Virus record (IMG/VR): IMGVR_UViG_3300031998_000044
Location: 1 to 64,000 of that record
Length of the DNA: 64,000 nt
Reading direction: 5' to 3' (one strand)
Source of the DNA: a virus
Lineage: Duplodnaviria > Caudoviricetes
In this document: in pieces, positions 30,501-41,470 of the stretch
Layout: each line of letters starts with the position of its first letter
How positions within the stretch are numbered: position 1 is the stretch's first letter
Made by a program: the position numbers and the translations under genes
Notes under the pieces: model-generated
Seen by the model: only the letters and a program-made list of their open reading frames with translations
Database searches by the model: none
What the model was told of the DNA's origin: nothing

Positions 30501-31884
30501 ATAAATATTTTTGAAAGCAATATTGCATAATTAATGACGTCGGGCTTAATATTTCGGTTAACCCTTTGAGAATGCGCCCCCCGATGAGAATCGGTAAATG
30601 TGAAAGAGGTTAAACAAAAAATGAGCCAAAATGATATGTTCGCATTTAGCGATGAGAATCTATTGGCTCATTTTTATTTTATAAATACATTTGTCTAACA
30701 ACAAAAATAACAGAATTATGGAGAAAAAAATACAAGACTTGGAATGGTATCAATCATTCCGTTACAATGGTTATAGCTACTTTATTAAGCCTAACCAACA
30801 GAGAATTAACTACACGCTCTGTGTCAAGAAACAAGGTGGAGAAATAAAAGAATTTAAAAACGACACAATTGTAATAATCTAAATATAAAAACAATGATAA
30901 AAGAGATAGAATTATACTGCGTATTTGAGAAGTCAAACAGTGATGAAAGGCTAATTGACGCATTTCGTAAAAAAGAAGATGCAGAAAAACGATTGATAAA
31001 GGAAGATAGCGAATATTTAGCATGGCTACAATCACACGACAAAGGCTTGAACGATAGATGGTGTAAAAATCTTCATTATGAATACTATATGAAAAAATCA
31101 CCTGTACAAATATACGTAGATGAAGAACCAGAAAAACATCCTACAATTGCAGAAAAAATAGCTGCTTTGCTTTTATATTGTGGCTATGACGATATACCTT
31201 ATCTGTTCAAAGATATGGACTTCAAATATATCAGTCAAGCATACGTCTATTTGCAATCAGATGAACTGCCAATAGATTCAAATACTTTGATTACAAGTGC
31301 ATTAAATATGATTGCATACGAAGTATTTGGAAGTTGGGATTACATAGACGTAGATGCGAACAATTCAGCAACAAGAGTTAAACTTATCAAAAACACAAGT
31401 AAAAAGAAAATAAAGGAGTTTGAAGAAAAATCAGGCTTTCCAATGTACTAAAAAATTATAAGGAGATTTAACTATGAAAGAAAATAATTGGGCAGTTATC
31501 TGCATCGAAGAAAACGGAGAACAGTGGGTATTTGATACCTACAAAACTCCATCAAAGGCACAAGCAGCCTGTAAACGCTTAAACAAAAATGCCGAAGGAG
31601 AATCATACAAAATAGGCTATGTCGGATTATAAATAAAAAATAAATGCTATGAGATATGTACTACATTATTTAAACATAAATAAAAACTACACAATTAAAG
31701 ACCAGTGTAGAGATGATTATCACAGCAGTTGGCAAAAAATGGAGTGTAAAACATTAAAAGAAGCAAAAGAATATGCCGCACTTGTAGAACGTTATTATAT
31801 AATTGATAACATCACTTTAAAAGTAGTTGCTATATCAGAAGGATTAAACGCAACAAATTTTATTGACAAATTAAGGAAGATTAA

Positions 31885-32145
31885 ATGAACGCAAAGCAAA
31901 TTCAAAACCAATACAAGTCAATCAAGGAGAATTATCCTAATATGATATTGCTATTCAACGTAGGCAGTAACTACATTGCACTTCGAGATGATGCCAATGT
32001 TGTTGCCAAGGTATGTGGAATAGAGAAAATAAATACTATTGTAAAATTTAATTGTAACAAACTTGATGACTATTTGTTCAAACTTGTACGGTCTGGACAT
32101 AAAATAGGAGTTTGTGAAGAATTACCAAAACCAAATGACAAATAA
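31885..32145 (+). CDS. Stand-alone MutS domain I-like protein
   Basis: YKSIKENYPNMILLFNVGSNYIALRDDANVVAKVCGI...YLFKLVRSGHKIGVCE matches the MutS N-terminal mismatch-binding domain pattern. Confidence 0.7.
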   Translation: MNAKQIQNQYKSIKENYPNMILLFNVGSNYIALRDDANVVAKVCGIEKINTIVKFNCNKLDDYLFKLVRSGHKIGVCEELPKPNDK

Positions 32146-32502
32146 AAAAAATGAGAAAATCAAAAACAGAAAGGTCTTGTGCCGGTTGCAAAAAACATTT
32201 TGACAAACACGGTCACCCTTGTCCCAATGTATATAAGGAAGGATTTAACCCTTGTGAAAAGTTTGAATGGAATGCAACATACAAGTCGTTTAATATACGC
32301 AAAGGAAAGAAAAAATGATAAGTTTTTTTAACAAAGAAGGATAAACAATTTTAAATATAAACGCTATGGGAACATTTACAGAACAAGATTACGCTGATTG
32401 GGAAGCAAGAAACCAAGAGCGTGATGACGAATGGGTAGAGCAAATGCTTGCTTACTATGAAAATAAACAAGAAAGCGGAGTACCGTTAATGTGTATATAG
32501 TC

Positions 32503-32554
32503 CTTACGTTTTTTGTAAGTTATAGTTATTTCAGAAGAAATATGAATAATTTTG
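32503..32554 (+). promoter_or_regulatory. Promoter: CTTACG-N5-TGTAAG plus TAATTTTG
   Basis: Palindrome 32503-32519; -7 element 32547-32554; ATG at 32575. Confidence 0.65.
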
Positions 32555-32574
32555 GAAAACTAAAATTTACAAAA

Positions 32575-33045
32575 ATGAGAATAGTAAATCAAAAATCAAA
32601 CCACGATGCTTATGTAGAAGCTGAAAAAACAGCATACGATACGTTTACAACTTGGTTAAAAGAGAATATCAACGAACAAGTGAAATCAAAATGTAAGATA
32701 ATACAGTCTTGGCTACTCGAATTTTTCAAACTAAACAAAAAGCCTACTTTTAGCCAAGTTCAAACGTATTGCAATAATCTTAAATCACAATATCTTCCAA
32801 ATTCATCGTATGAAGATATGAATATCGTTATAACAAAAGTAAATTCTCTTGATAATGACAAAACGTTCTATTTCGATATTTTTATTGACTTTAACGGCAT
32901 ATATCAAAGGCAGTTGATACAAAGTAACTGTATGCCTAATAAAGACGGTAAACCGATTATTTTGGACATAGAAATTACTGACGATGAATTAGATGAACGT
33001 ATCAAGCAACAAGCGATAATTGACGGTGAATTTGAAGAAATATAA
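32575..33045 (+). CDS. Hypothetical protein
   Basis: ORF track start 32491; ATG 32575 (MRIVNQKS) fits the promoter position. Confidence 0.55.
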   Translation: MRIVNQKSNHDAYVEAEKTAYDTFTTWLKENINEQVKSKCKIIQSWLLEFFKLNKKPTFSQVQTYCNNLKSQYLPNSSYEDMNIVITKVNSLDNDKTFYFDIFIDFNGIYQRQLIQSNCMPNKDGKPIILDIEITDDELDERIKQQAIIDGEFEEI

Positions 33046-33353
33046 TGAAGGATTACACACTTTATCTCAAATTAATATCACAAGAAATTGGTGAAGAAAT
33101 CGTTCCCGAATTCAAGTTCCATCCGACAAGAAAATGGCGGTTCGATTATGCAATTCCTTCAAGGAAAATTGCTATCGAAATCGAGGGTGGACTTTGGATT
33201 TCGGGCAGACATAATCGCCCTTTTACAATGATAAAAGACTTTGAAAAGTACAACGAAGCCGCTAAACTTGGTTGGCGATTGTTAAAGTATACACCTCAAC
33301 AGATTGCTAATGTTAGCGAAATAAGCAAATTTTTAAAAGAAATGATAAAATAA
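33045..33353 (+). CDS. PD-(D/E)XK Vsr/DUF559-like endonuclease
   Basis: EFKFHPTRKWRFDYAIPSRKIAIEIEGG...RH...EKYNEAAKLGW. Confidence 0.75.
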   Translation: MKDYTLYLKLISQEIGEEIVPEFKFHPTRKWRFDYAIPSRKIAIEIEGGLWISGRHNRPFTMIKDFEKYNEAAKLGWRLLKYTPQQIANVSEISKFLKEMIK

Positions 33354-33618
33354 ACACTATGGAAAAGTTATATGTTTGTATGGATAAAAGTGGTAGTGTC
33401 CATATATCTAATACTAAGCCAATTAAACCACAAAAAACAAAGAAAAATCCCGATGCAAATGACGAAATATTCATTCCATCTGATTACGGATATTCACAAA
33501 GCAGACAACCAAAATTTTTCATTGCATTATACGGTCAAATTCGACAAAAATTAATTGACCAAGGACTTACATTTGAGAATAGTCCAATGGAAGTTGAACT
33601 GACAATAAAATAATAAAT

Positions 33619-34224
33619 ATGTATAAAGGAAAAATTACGTGCATCGGATGCGGAAAAACAGGCGAAGAAGCACCTCGTAAATCAAAAGATTGTTTGTGTG
33701 ATGATTGCGAAAACTCTCTTAAAATTGGAAGAGCAATTGTCAAAGAGAGAAATCTTGAAAGCAAAAGTTACTGTCTTGATGAGTTTAAGATTGGAAGTTT
33801 TAAATGGAACACCTACACAGATGATATAGAAAACGCATTGATTAACCTTTTGAACTCCTTCTCTCAGTTCAAAGAAACAAATAAAATTTGGGGATTCAGA
33901 GAATCCTTATATTACAATAAATTACTTTCATCATATGGAGCATCACACGAGGTTATTCTACCAGTAGAAACATTCGAAGCTGCAAAAAGACTCTGTGAAA
34001 CACTTAAAAAAGCCAATGACGAATTAAAAGAAAAACGTCAAACATACAAGGAAGAAGTTTTTAAAGAACTTATTGCAGAAAAGCATAAATTATATAAAGA
34101 AATTGCTGATGAAAAGAATAAAATCTACAACGATGGAGTTCATTATGGACGAAATTTGTTGGTCCAATTGAACAATGGAGAAATTGCCCCAAATGAGATA
34201 TTGAAAGATGTTAAACCTTTTTAA
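33619..34224 (+). CDS. Hypothetical protein with N-terminal Zn-finger-like Cys pattern and coiled coil
   Basis: CIGC...CDDC motifs. Confidence 0.5.
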   Translation: MYKGKITCIGCGKTGEEAPRKSKDCLCDDCENSLKIGRAIVKERNLESKSYCLDEFKIGSFKWNTYTDDIENALINLLNSFSQFKETNKIWGFRESLYYNKLLSSYGASHEVILPVETFEAAKRLCETLKKANDELKEKRQTYKEEVFKELIAEKHKLYKEIADEKNKIYNDGVHYGRNLLVQLNNGEIAPNEILKDVKPF

Positions 34225-35906
34225 AAAAGATTCTATATACCTCGATGATTACGCTGAGGATATGTTAAATAATAAAGAAACAAACAAAATATTAATTTAC
34301 GTTAAATAATAGGAGATTAGTAAAATGGAAAAACACGACGTACCTACAAATATGATAATCAAAACCGATATTGGTGATATATTGGTACAAGAAGCAAAAC
34401 CTAACGTACACCGTTGCACAGACTGTGTTGGATTAAAAAATGCTCCAATATGTCATTTTTTAATCTGTCGAGCAGAAGAGAGGAAAGACGGCAAAAACGT
34501 AATTGTAATACCTTATAAAGAAAAATAATATGACAAACGAAAAATTAGTTTTAAGCATAGTGCCTGCCGACAACTTAACAGCGTACAATTGTGCGTTAGA
34601 AGTTGCAAGGAGAAAAGATGAGGAGTACAATATAAAGCCAATCTCCGAACTCGGTGGTTGGCACACAGAACCGCCGACAGAGGACGGCTGCTATCTCGCA
34701 GAAACATTCCGTATTCCATACAAGAATTGTCATTACATAGTCGCAGAGTACGACACAAACGCAAAATGTTGGTACGATGAAGCATACGAAAACGAAATTG
34801 AAATAAAAAGATGGAAGAAAATCTAACAATAGAACAAAAAGCCAACGCCCTGATTGGATGTGCCAAAGTCGGTGGTTGCAAAAGTCAAGATGTCAACTTC
34901 TGCAAAAAAGCATACAAAGACGGCGGATATATGTGCAAAACCAAAAAGATGTTGCTTTTAATGGCTGACTTTGTTATCGACAAAGCCATTGATTGGCTGC
35001 GAGAAAACGCCACCGACTACCTCGACAAGATTGAGGATTGTACTGGTGGTAACGAATGGGAATCTCAGACTTGGAGTTTCCCAGAGGAATTTTTCAGACG
35101 ATTTAGAAACGAAATAAAAAATGGAAACAAAGAAAGAAACATCTCCTGAAACTGAATTATACATTTGGCAAGTAATCGGCGATAATCTCGGAATAAAAGA
35201 AGTCGGAGAGCAGATTACAAAAGGCGAGGAATACGCATTCAAGAATCCTATTGTCTTTAAAATTGCTGCTGAAATATGTAACTATATGAATGAGCAGTTA
35301 AACGAGAAAATGAAGTTAATAAAGACTTTGACCGATGAAAACGAGAAAATAAAACAAGAACACAATAAATGGAAAAAGGAAGTAATTGATTGCACAGAAT
35401 TAAATGAACTATTAACAGCACAAGTAGTATGTAGAGACGAAGAAATCGAAAGATTAAGCAAACGTATTAAGGAGATATCAAAACAACTTTATTGCTCTGA
35501 TAAAAATCAAGAAAAAGAACACGGAAAATTATTAAATCAAATTGCATTATTTAATCAGCAAGTTAAAAAACGTAAAAAAGCAGAAAATGAATTAAAAATA
35601 GCAAAAGAAGAAATAGCAAGATTAACAGAACGCATTAAGAATCTTGAAGCCGACCTCGAAGAAGGAGGTTTTAACGATGAAAGAAACTTTATTTAACGAG
35701 AATTGTATGAAACTTAAAACAGACGATAATGCCAATAATGGTTAAATTTCTCATCATTTTATCAAGTATTATTTGTATCATCTTTGGAGTAATATGTATA
35801 ATCGGAAGCCTATTGTACATACTTAACAATCAGACGTACACATCATTATTTTTATTAATCGTAACATTTTTAGGCAGCGAATCCATTGACATAGGTTGTG
35901 AAACCA

Positions 35907-37115
35907 TCAAAAAGATAACACGAAATCTATAACCTTCCTATTAGCAGAATCCACCTTATTATAATCAAACTTAATGTAAATATCTGTAACTGTATTGCCT
36001 TCGTGTCCAAGTGCGTGAGCAATGACATCACGGCTAATATCTAACTGTGAAGCGAGAGTAGCCCAAGTATGTCTTGCCCAATATGTACTTAGTTCAGGGA
36101 ACAACGGAGATACAGTTTTCTTTCCACATTCGTCATATTGAACATCTCCGACACGCTTCAAGTTCTTATTAAATCGTTCCAAGAAGTCCTTGTAGTTGTG
36201 ATAACCGTCAAGGATATTCAAAAGATAATCGACACCTTTATATATATTAAGAATATCCAACGCTTCGGGTTCAAGTTTAATTGAGTACAGACGTGATGTC
36301 TTTGCTCTTTTAAATTCCAATCTACCGTTAACAATATTGTCTTGCGTACAGTGAAGTAAATCAACCATATTGATACCTATAAGATAAAAATCAAGAATAA
36401 AGAGGTCTACATATTTTTTAAGATAGTCCTCAACAGGATAGGTCATAAACATACGTAGCTCAATAACTGTTAACGAGCGTTTACGTGTCGGTATAGGTCG
36501 AATTTTAAATGTACGGAAAGGATAATGCGAAGTGATTTCGTTATCTATGGCATCATTAAAAACAGCACGAATATTACGTAAATGAACATTGCGACCGTTT
36601 TTAGAATTAGAGGTCAAGGCTAAGTGATTCTCGAAATCAGTAAGCCAACCTTTATTCAAATCTTCAAATCGCTTAAAATCAATATTTTTGTCGAAGTCGT
36701 GAATACGTTTTAATGTGAATAAGTAGATGTTTTTTGTAGTAACGTTTAATTTTCGATTAGCAAATTTTAAAAAATAATTACAAAACAAATTTTCATCAGT
36801 AGGCTTATTATCAGACAATTGCAAATCTATTGCTGCCTTTACTTCATTAACATCGTTAAAATTTATATTTTTATTTACAAACGAAAATATTATTTTATCA
36901 ATTTTATTTTTAAACTCCAAGATAAAGGACATTAATGTTTCTTTATTAGGCACACGAAGAATTTTTTGTGATACGTTGTCCCAACAGTTAGGTTGCAGTT
37001 TTATTTTTAGTGGAAAGTAGACGGCTTTTTGCTTGTAGGTAACAGCCAATTTTAATGATGCAGGTGAGCCGTCCTTCGTGTGCCTTTTATCAAGGTAAAA
37101 TTTTGTCGTTATCAT
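35907..37115 (-). CDS. int: Tyrosine recombinase/integrase, Bacteroidales type (arm-binding N-domain)
   Basis: N-terminus MITTKFYLDKRHTKDG...LAVTY, NIRAVFNDA, catalytic STYWARHTWATLA...LGH...TDIY. Likely start 37115 (track 37145). Confidence 0.92.
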   Translation of the reverse strand: MITTKFYLDKRHTKDGSPASLKLAVTYKQKAVYFPLKIKLQPNCWDNVSQKILRVPNKETLMSFILEFKNKIDKIIFSFVNKNINFNDVNEVKAAIDLQLSDNKPTDENLFCNYFLKFANRKLNVTTKNIYLFTLKRIHDFDKNIDFKRFEDLNKGWLTDFENHLALTSNSKNGRNVHLRNIRAVFNDAIDNEITSHYPFRTFKIRPIPTRKRSLTVIELRMFMTYPVEDYLKKYVDLFILDFYLIGINMVDLLHCTQDNIVNGRLEFKRAKTSRLYSIKLEPEALDILNIYKGVDYLLNILDGYHNYKDFLERFNKNLKRVGDVQYDECGKKTVSPLFPELSTYWARHTWATLASQLDISRDVIAHALGHEGNTVTDIYIKFDYNKVDSANRKVIDFVLSF

Positions 37116-37139
37116 AACTTCAAATTTTAAACAAATTTT

Positions 37140-37330
37140 TTGCAAGTATTCTTGCTAATTTAATTTTTAATTTATAATTTAGTGCTTTGAATTACGATGA
37201 TAACAGGTTGATAATGTGCCATAAAAAGTCGGGGCAGAGAGATTCGAACTCTCGACCTTCTGCTCCCAAAGCAATATGTTCAATCCTGTGTTTCATCAAC
37301 TTACAAATGCATTGCAAGTAAATTGCAAGT
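37140..37330. repeat. TTGCAAGT direct repeats (37140, 37312, 37323) flanking the tRNA fragment: putative integrase arm sites
   Basis: Three exact 8-mers, one on the int side and a tandem pair on the other side of the core. Confidence 0.55.
37228..37273 (-). other. 3' half of tRNA-Pro(TGG): putative attP core
   Basis: Reverse complement TGCTTTGGGAGCAGAAGGTCGAGAGTTCGAATCTCTCTGCCCCGAC covers the anticodon arm (TGG), T-arm and 3' acceptor strand. No D-arm or 5' half upstream; about 110 nt from the int start. Confidence 0.8.
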
Positions 37331-37344
37331 TAATCGCAAATTTC

Positions 37345-37361
37345 CTTACAAATTTCGTAAG
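37345..37361. promoter_or_regulatory. Palindrome CTTACA-N5-CGTAAG in the int/dnaB divergent region
   Basis: One mismatch to the consensus; no -7 element at the 27-nt spacing on either strand. Confidence 0.45.
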
Positions 37362-37409
37362 GCAAAAATGAGCATTAATTTGCAATAAACAAAAAAATAA
37401 ACACAAAAA

Positions 37410-38738
37410 ATGGAAGAAAAGAAACTACCTACAAGCGTAGAAACTGAAAAACTTATTCTCGGTGCAATTTTAATAGAGAAAGATGCAATTGAGAATGTTG
37501 TAGACATACTTAAACCTGAAATGTTCTACGATACAGCAAATAAAAGTATCTACGAAGCTTGTCTAAAACTCTACAATGGCAACAAACCAATCGACATTTA
37601 TACTGTTAGCGAACAACTTGCAAAAGATAACAAGTTAGAAGAAGTCGGTGGAAGTTACTATGTTGCTACACTAACTGAGAATGTAGGCTCTGCAAGTCAT
37701 ATCGAATATCATTCTAAAATTGTCGTAGAAAAGTATATCAGACGTAAATTGATTAAAGAATCGTATGAGATAGGACAAGATGCATATAACGCAGCAGTTC
37801 CATTGGAAGAAATTGTCGAACGTCAAACAAAAATGATTGATACACTTGGTCAACATTTTGCAAATGAATCGGCAGAAACAATAGAAACTATATTCCCGAA
37901 GGTATTAAAGGAAATCGAACAAGCATCACAGCAAAAGTCAGGAATTAGCGGAATAAGCAGTGGTTTTACTCAAATTGATAGCCTTACACACGGTTTTCAA
38001 CATACAGATATGATAGTAGTAGGTGCAAGACCATCTATGGGTAAGACTGCATTTGCTTTATCGCTTATGATTCGAATGGCTATGAAAGGTGTAAGATGCT
38101 TGTTATTTAGCCTTGAAATGTCGAAAGTAGCGATTACCAAACGTATCACGTCTATGATAAGCAATATTACAGGTGATAAAATTCTTAGCGGAAGATTATC
38201 CGTAGACGATTGGAATGCACTCGAAGGAGCAGCACCAACAATTATGGGATTGCCTATAATTATAGACGATGAAGGTGGAATCAGCACACTGCAACTCAAA
38301 ACTAAGTGCCGACAGTATATGAAGAAGTATGGTTTTGATATTATAATGTTAGACTATCTTCAACTAATGAAAGATACAGAAACAAAATCAGACAAGAAAA
38401 ATGATGAAGTTTCGGAGATAAGTCGCAAAATCAAAAACATAGCAAAGGAACTCAATGTACCATTCATTGTACTAAGTCAGTTGAACAGAAACTTGGAAAG
38501 CAGACCCGACAAAACTCCTATCAATGCAGATTTAAGAGATAGTGGCTCTATCGAACAAGATGCAGATGTAATAATGATGCTATATCGTCCAGAAGTTTAT
38601 GGAATAGAACTTATGCCTAATGGATTAATTACCGACAAATTAGCACAAGTTATTATTACTAAACAAAGGAATGGCTCATTAGGAACAATTGACCTTCAAT
38701 TCGACAAAGAGAATACCCGATGGACGGAGATGGAATAG
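37410..38738 (+). CDS. dnaB: Replicative DNA helicase
   Basis: LPTSVETEKLILGAIL N-domain, GARPSMGKT, IMLDYLQLM, LSQLNR, DLRDSGSIEQDAD, KQRNG. Confidence 0.95.
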   Translation: MEEKKLPTSVETEKLILGAILIEKDAIENVVDILKPEMFYDTANKSIYEACLKLYNGNKPIDIYTVSEQLAKDNKLEEVGGSYYVATLTENVGSASHIEYHSKIVVEKYIRRKLIKESYEIGQDAYNAAVPLEEIVERQTKMIDTLGQHFANESAETIETIFPKVLKEIEQASQQKSGISGISSGFTQIDSLTHGFQHTDMIVVGARPSMGKTAFALSLMIRMAMKGVRCLLFSLEMSKVAITKRITSMISNITGDKILSGRLSVDDWNALEGAAPTIMGLPIIIDDEGGISTLQLKTKCRQYMKKYGFDIIMLDYLQLMKDTETKSDKKNDEVSEISRKIKNIAKELNVPFIVLSQLNRNLESRPDKTPINADLRDSGSIEQDADVIMMLYRPEVYGIELMPNGLITDKLAQVIITKQRNGSLGTIDLQFDKENTRWTEME

Positions 38739-39031
38739 AGATGTGCAAAGGATGTAGTTTCTATATTAGTAAAGGTGTTTGCAGTTTAAAACACATAAAA
38801 GTAAGTTCTAAGACCGCTGCCTGTTCGTCGTATAGCGACGTAAACACTGTCCCGGTAAGAACTGAAACTTGTGCCACTTGCAAACACCATTTTTTACCTG
38901 ACAAAGAATACCCTAATTATTCGCTGTATAGAGATTACAAAGGAGATTTTTTTCTCTGCAAATGCAAGTTTCACAAAGAAGCAAAATTTTTAAACAAAGA
39001 TTATTGTAAAAAGTATGAAAAAAGCAGATAA
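38720..39031 (+). CDS. Cys-rich putative metal-binding protein
   Basis: Two CxxC...C...C units. Confidence 0.45.
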   Translation: MDGDGIEMCKGCSFYISKGVCSLKHIKVSSKTAACSSYSDVNTVPVRTETCATCKHHFLPDKEYPNYSLYRDYKGDFFLCKCKFHKEAKFLNKDYCKKYEKSR

Positions 39032-39563
39032 TAACTTCATATTCAAATACGACGAAATGAAAGCAATAGAACTTCAAAACAATTACAATAAAATCAAGGT
39101 AAAATATCCTGATGCAATTTTGCTATTTCGCGTAGGCAACAACTTCATTGCACTTCGAGATGACGCAAACATTGTAGCAAAAGTCTGCGGAATACAGGAA
39201 ACAAACACGATTGTTAAATTCAGTTACAACAAACTTGACGACTATTTGCCCAAACTTGTACGGTCGGGACATAGAACGGCAGTTTGTGAAGAACTCCAAC
39301 TCCCAAAGAAAACGCCACACCAAATATCAAACGAATGGCAAAAGTTTGAAATCAAATATGGAGTACCAAGGTTTAGCCAACTTCTTGACAACAACCTTGC
39401 ACTACTTGGAAAATTTGTTATCGACATAATTAAATTTGACGATTGGTTGCACAAACAATTCGGCGACTATGAATCAGAAGACAAGTCTATGAGCGGCATT
39501 TTGTTGGAGAAGTACGGATACGACATACAACAATATGTCAAACAAATGATTGAAACTTTATAA
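39015..39563 (+). CDS. MutS domain I-like protein with C-terminal extension; paralog of 31885..32145
   Basis: YNKIKVKYPDAILLFRVGNNFIALRDDANIVAKVCGI...YLPKLVRSGHRTAVCE. Confidence 0.7.
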   Translation: MKKADNNFIFKYDEMKAIELQNNYNKIKVKYPDAILLFRVGNNFIALRDDANIVAKVCGIQETNTIVKFSYNKLDDYLPKLVRSGHRTAVCEELQLPKKTPHQISNEWQKFEIKYGVPRFSQLLDNNLALLGKFVIDIIKFDDWLHKQFGDYESEDKSMSGILLEKYGYDIQQYVKQMIETL

Positions 39564-39616
39564 ACGAAAAATGCAATACAAAAGAATTAAAATACGCAAA
39601 AAATTATAAATAAATT

Positions 39617-39961
39617 ATGATAGAAACAACTTGTCCTTATTGCAATAACGTAGACGAATTCGACGCTGATGGTTTTTCAGACGATGACAGAAGTTTACAA
39701 GAATGTTCAAAGTGCGGCAAAGTATATAACATCTACATTAAAATTACAGTAGATTGTGATTGTACACCGTGTCCGTGTCAAGGCATAAACCACGAATGGG
39801 AACTAATACCAACAATTCCAAAAAATTTTACAAAAAAAAGATGTAAACACTGCGGAGAAGAAAAAGAACTCACCGATGAAGAACGCAAGCAGTACAAAAT
39901 TCCGTCAAAGGAATCATACTTCAAAGAATTAGAAAAACTTAGTAAAGAATCACCATTTTAA
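39617..39961 (+). CDS. Zinc-ribbon protein
   Basis: CPYC, CSKC and CKHC motifs. Confidence 0.55.
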   Translation: MIETTCPYCNNVDEFDADGFSDDDRSLQECSKCGKVYNIYIKITVDCDCTPCPCQGINHEWELIPTIPKNFTKKRCKHCGEEKELTDEERKQYKIPSKESYFKELEKLSKESPF

Positions 39962-39971
39962 TAATAACTCT

Positions 39972-40397
39972 ATGAAATATTCAGAAAATTACGTTAGTTT
40001 TGATACCGCAAAACTTCTTAAAGAAAAGGGATTTGATATTCCATGCAGACAATTCTTAACTCAAGCTGGTAAACTTTGGTTTAGTTTGGGTAATGGCGAT
40101 ATTAATGATGGTAGTGCTGATTGGAACTCTACAACAATGGAATAAACAAGTGTTCCAACTCTTCAAATGGCAATGAAGTGGATTCGAGAAGTAGGTAATT
40201 TATTTATAGAAATTGATTATGACTCCTATGAAACTGAGGATGGTGATAGTGTTGCTACACAAATAGGATACTCATTTTCTTTACAAAGGAAAGAAAATCC
40301 AGGTAATTATGAATATATCCATAATTGGGTTTATGAAACTTATGAAGAAGCGGTGGAAGCAGCAATTAATTATTGTTTAACAAATTACGTAAAATAA
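39972..40397 (+). pseudogene. Phage protein split by in-frame TAA
   Basis: MKYSENYVSFDTAKLLKEKGF... reads to TAA at 40143-40145 and continues in frame (TSVPTLQMAMKWIRE) into track ORF 40167..40397. Confidence 0.6.
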
Positions 40398-41113
40398 TAT
40401 GCAAACACATAGAACATTAGTACTTTGGAAGATACAAGTAAAATTCAAATATTCTTCAACATTTACAACATTTAGAATTGAAAGTACTACAAAGGAAACA
40501 GCAAAAGAAGATTTTATAAATTATTATATAACAAAATATCCACACGTACCTATTGAGGAAGCAGAAGTATATGTTGAGGAAGCAGAAGTATATGTTGAAG
40601 GTGATATACCTTGCAATGTTATTGATGCTGTAAAATTACAAGATATTAACTACTAAACATTTTTAACAATGGCAAATTATACTTCATTAGAACAATCAGA
40701 ACTATTAAATCACGAACAAACAATATTTTGGACATTTATTCATATTTTAGATAAACTTTGTATCGAAGGTGAAGCACGTGAAATTGCAATAAACGAATTT
40801 AAAGATAAACTTATAAATAAAAATTTATTAGAATAATATGGCAAGTTATATAGAATTTACAAAAGTACAAAAGGTTAGAGTTCCAATTAAAGAGGAAATG
40901 TGCGTAAATGAGTTTATAGACTTTATGAACGGAGATTCTAACATATACGATTACGAAAAAGAACTCTTTGACTTCGATAATGAAGAAGTAGTAGAAGAAG
41001 AACACTCTTATATGAATAACGATTGTAAGTTAGTTTGTAACGACAAAGTTGATTTTGAATATAAAAGCCCATATCAAGGATTAGTTTTAATGAAATTACA
41101 AAAACAATAAATT

Positions 41114-41239
41114 ATGACACACACATCAATAGAGTAATCAAAAGCACTAATGTACTTAGGCTTGGATGAGAAAACTGCGGATTTAACAATCACGTCAGAT
41201 ATTATCTTAATCAACAATAATTTAATACAAAAAGTATGA
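41114..41239 (+). pseudogene. Truncated member of the TSxEQSKxL family with TAA at the Gln position
   Basis: MTHTSIE*SKALMYLGLDEKTAD, compared with FTDFEQSKKLAKILPLESADM at 41471. Confidence 0.55.
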
Positions 41240-41470
41240 AAGTAGCAGATGTTAGAAAACTCACAGAGTATACACAAATAAAATTAATAGGTGATAAGAC
41301 AGGTAAAATATTATGTCAATCTTGGTTAAATAAAAAAGAAACCATTGATAAGTACAATGATTATGAAGCCTCTGGTATATATCCAGATGTTAGAAGCTCT
41401 CAAATAGATGGAGTTATTTATCCAATTATTTGTATTTATGTTAGAGGTTGTTAAACAATAAACAAAGACA

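Noticed and set aside
37228-37273. Functional phage tRNA-Pro gene
   Set aside because: Only the anticodon arm to acceptor 3' strand is present; no D-arm or 5' acceptor strand.
40143-41137. In-frame TAA codons as possible readthrough/recoding
   Set aside because: TAA is the main stop genome-wide; isolated cases in a decaying accessory region are better explained as nonsense mutations.
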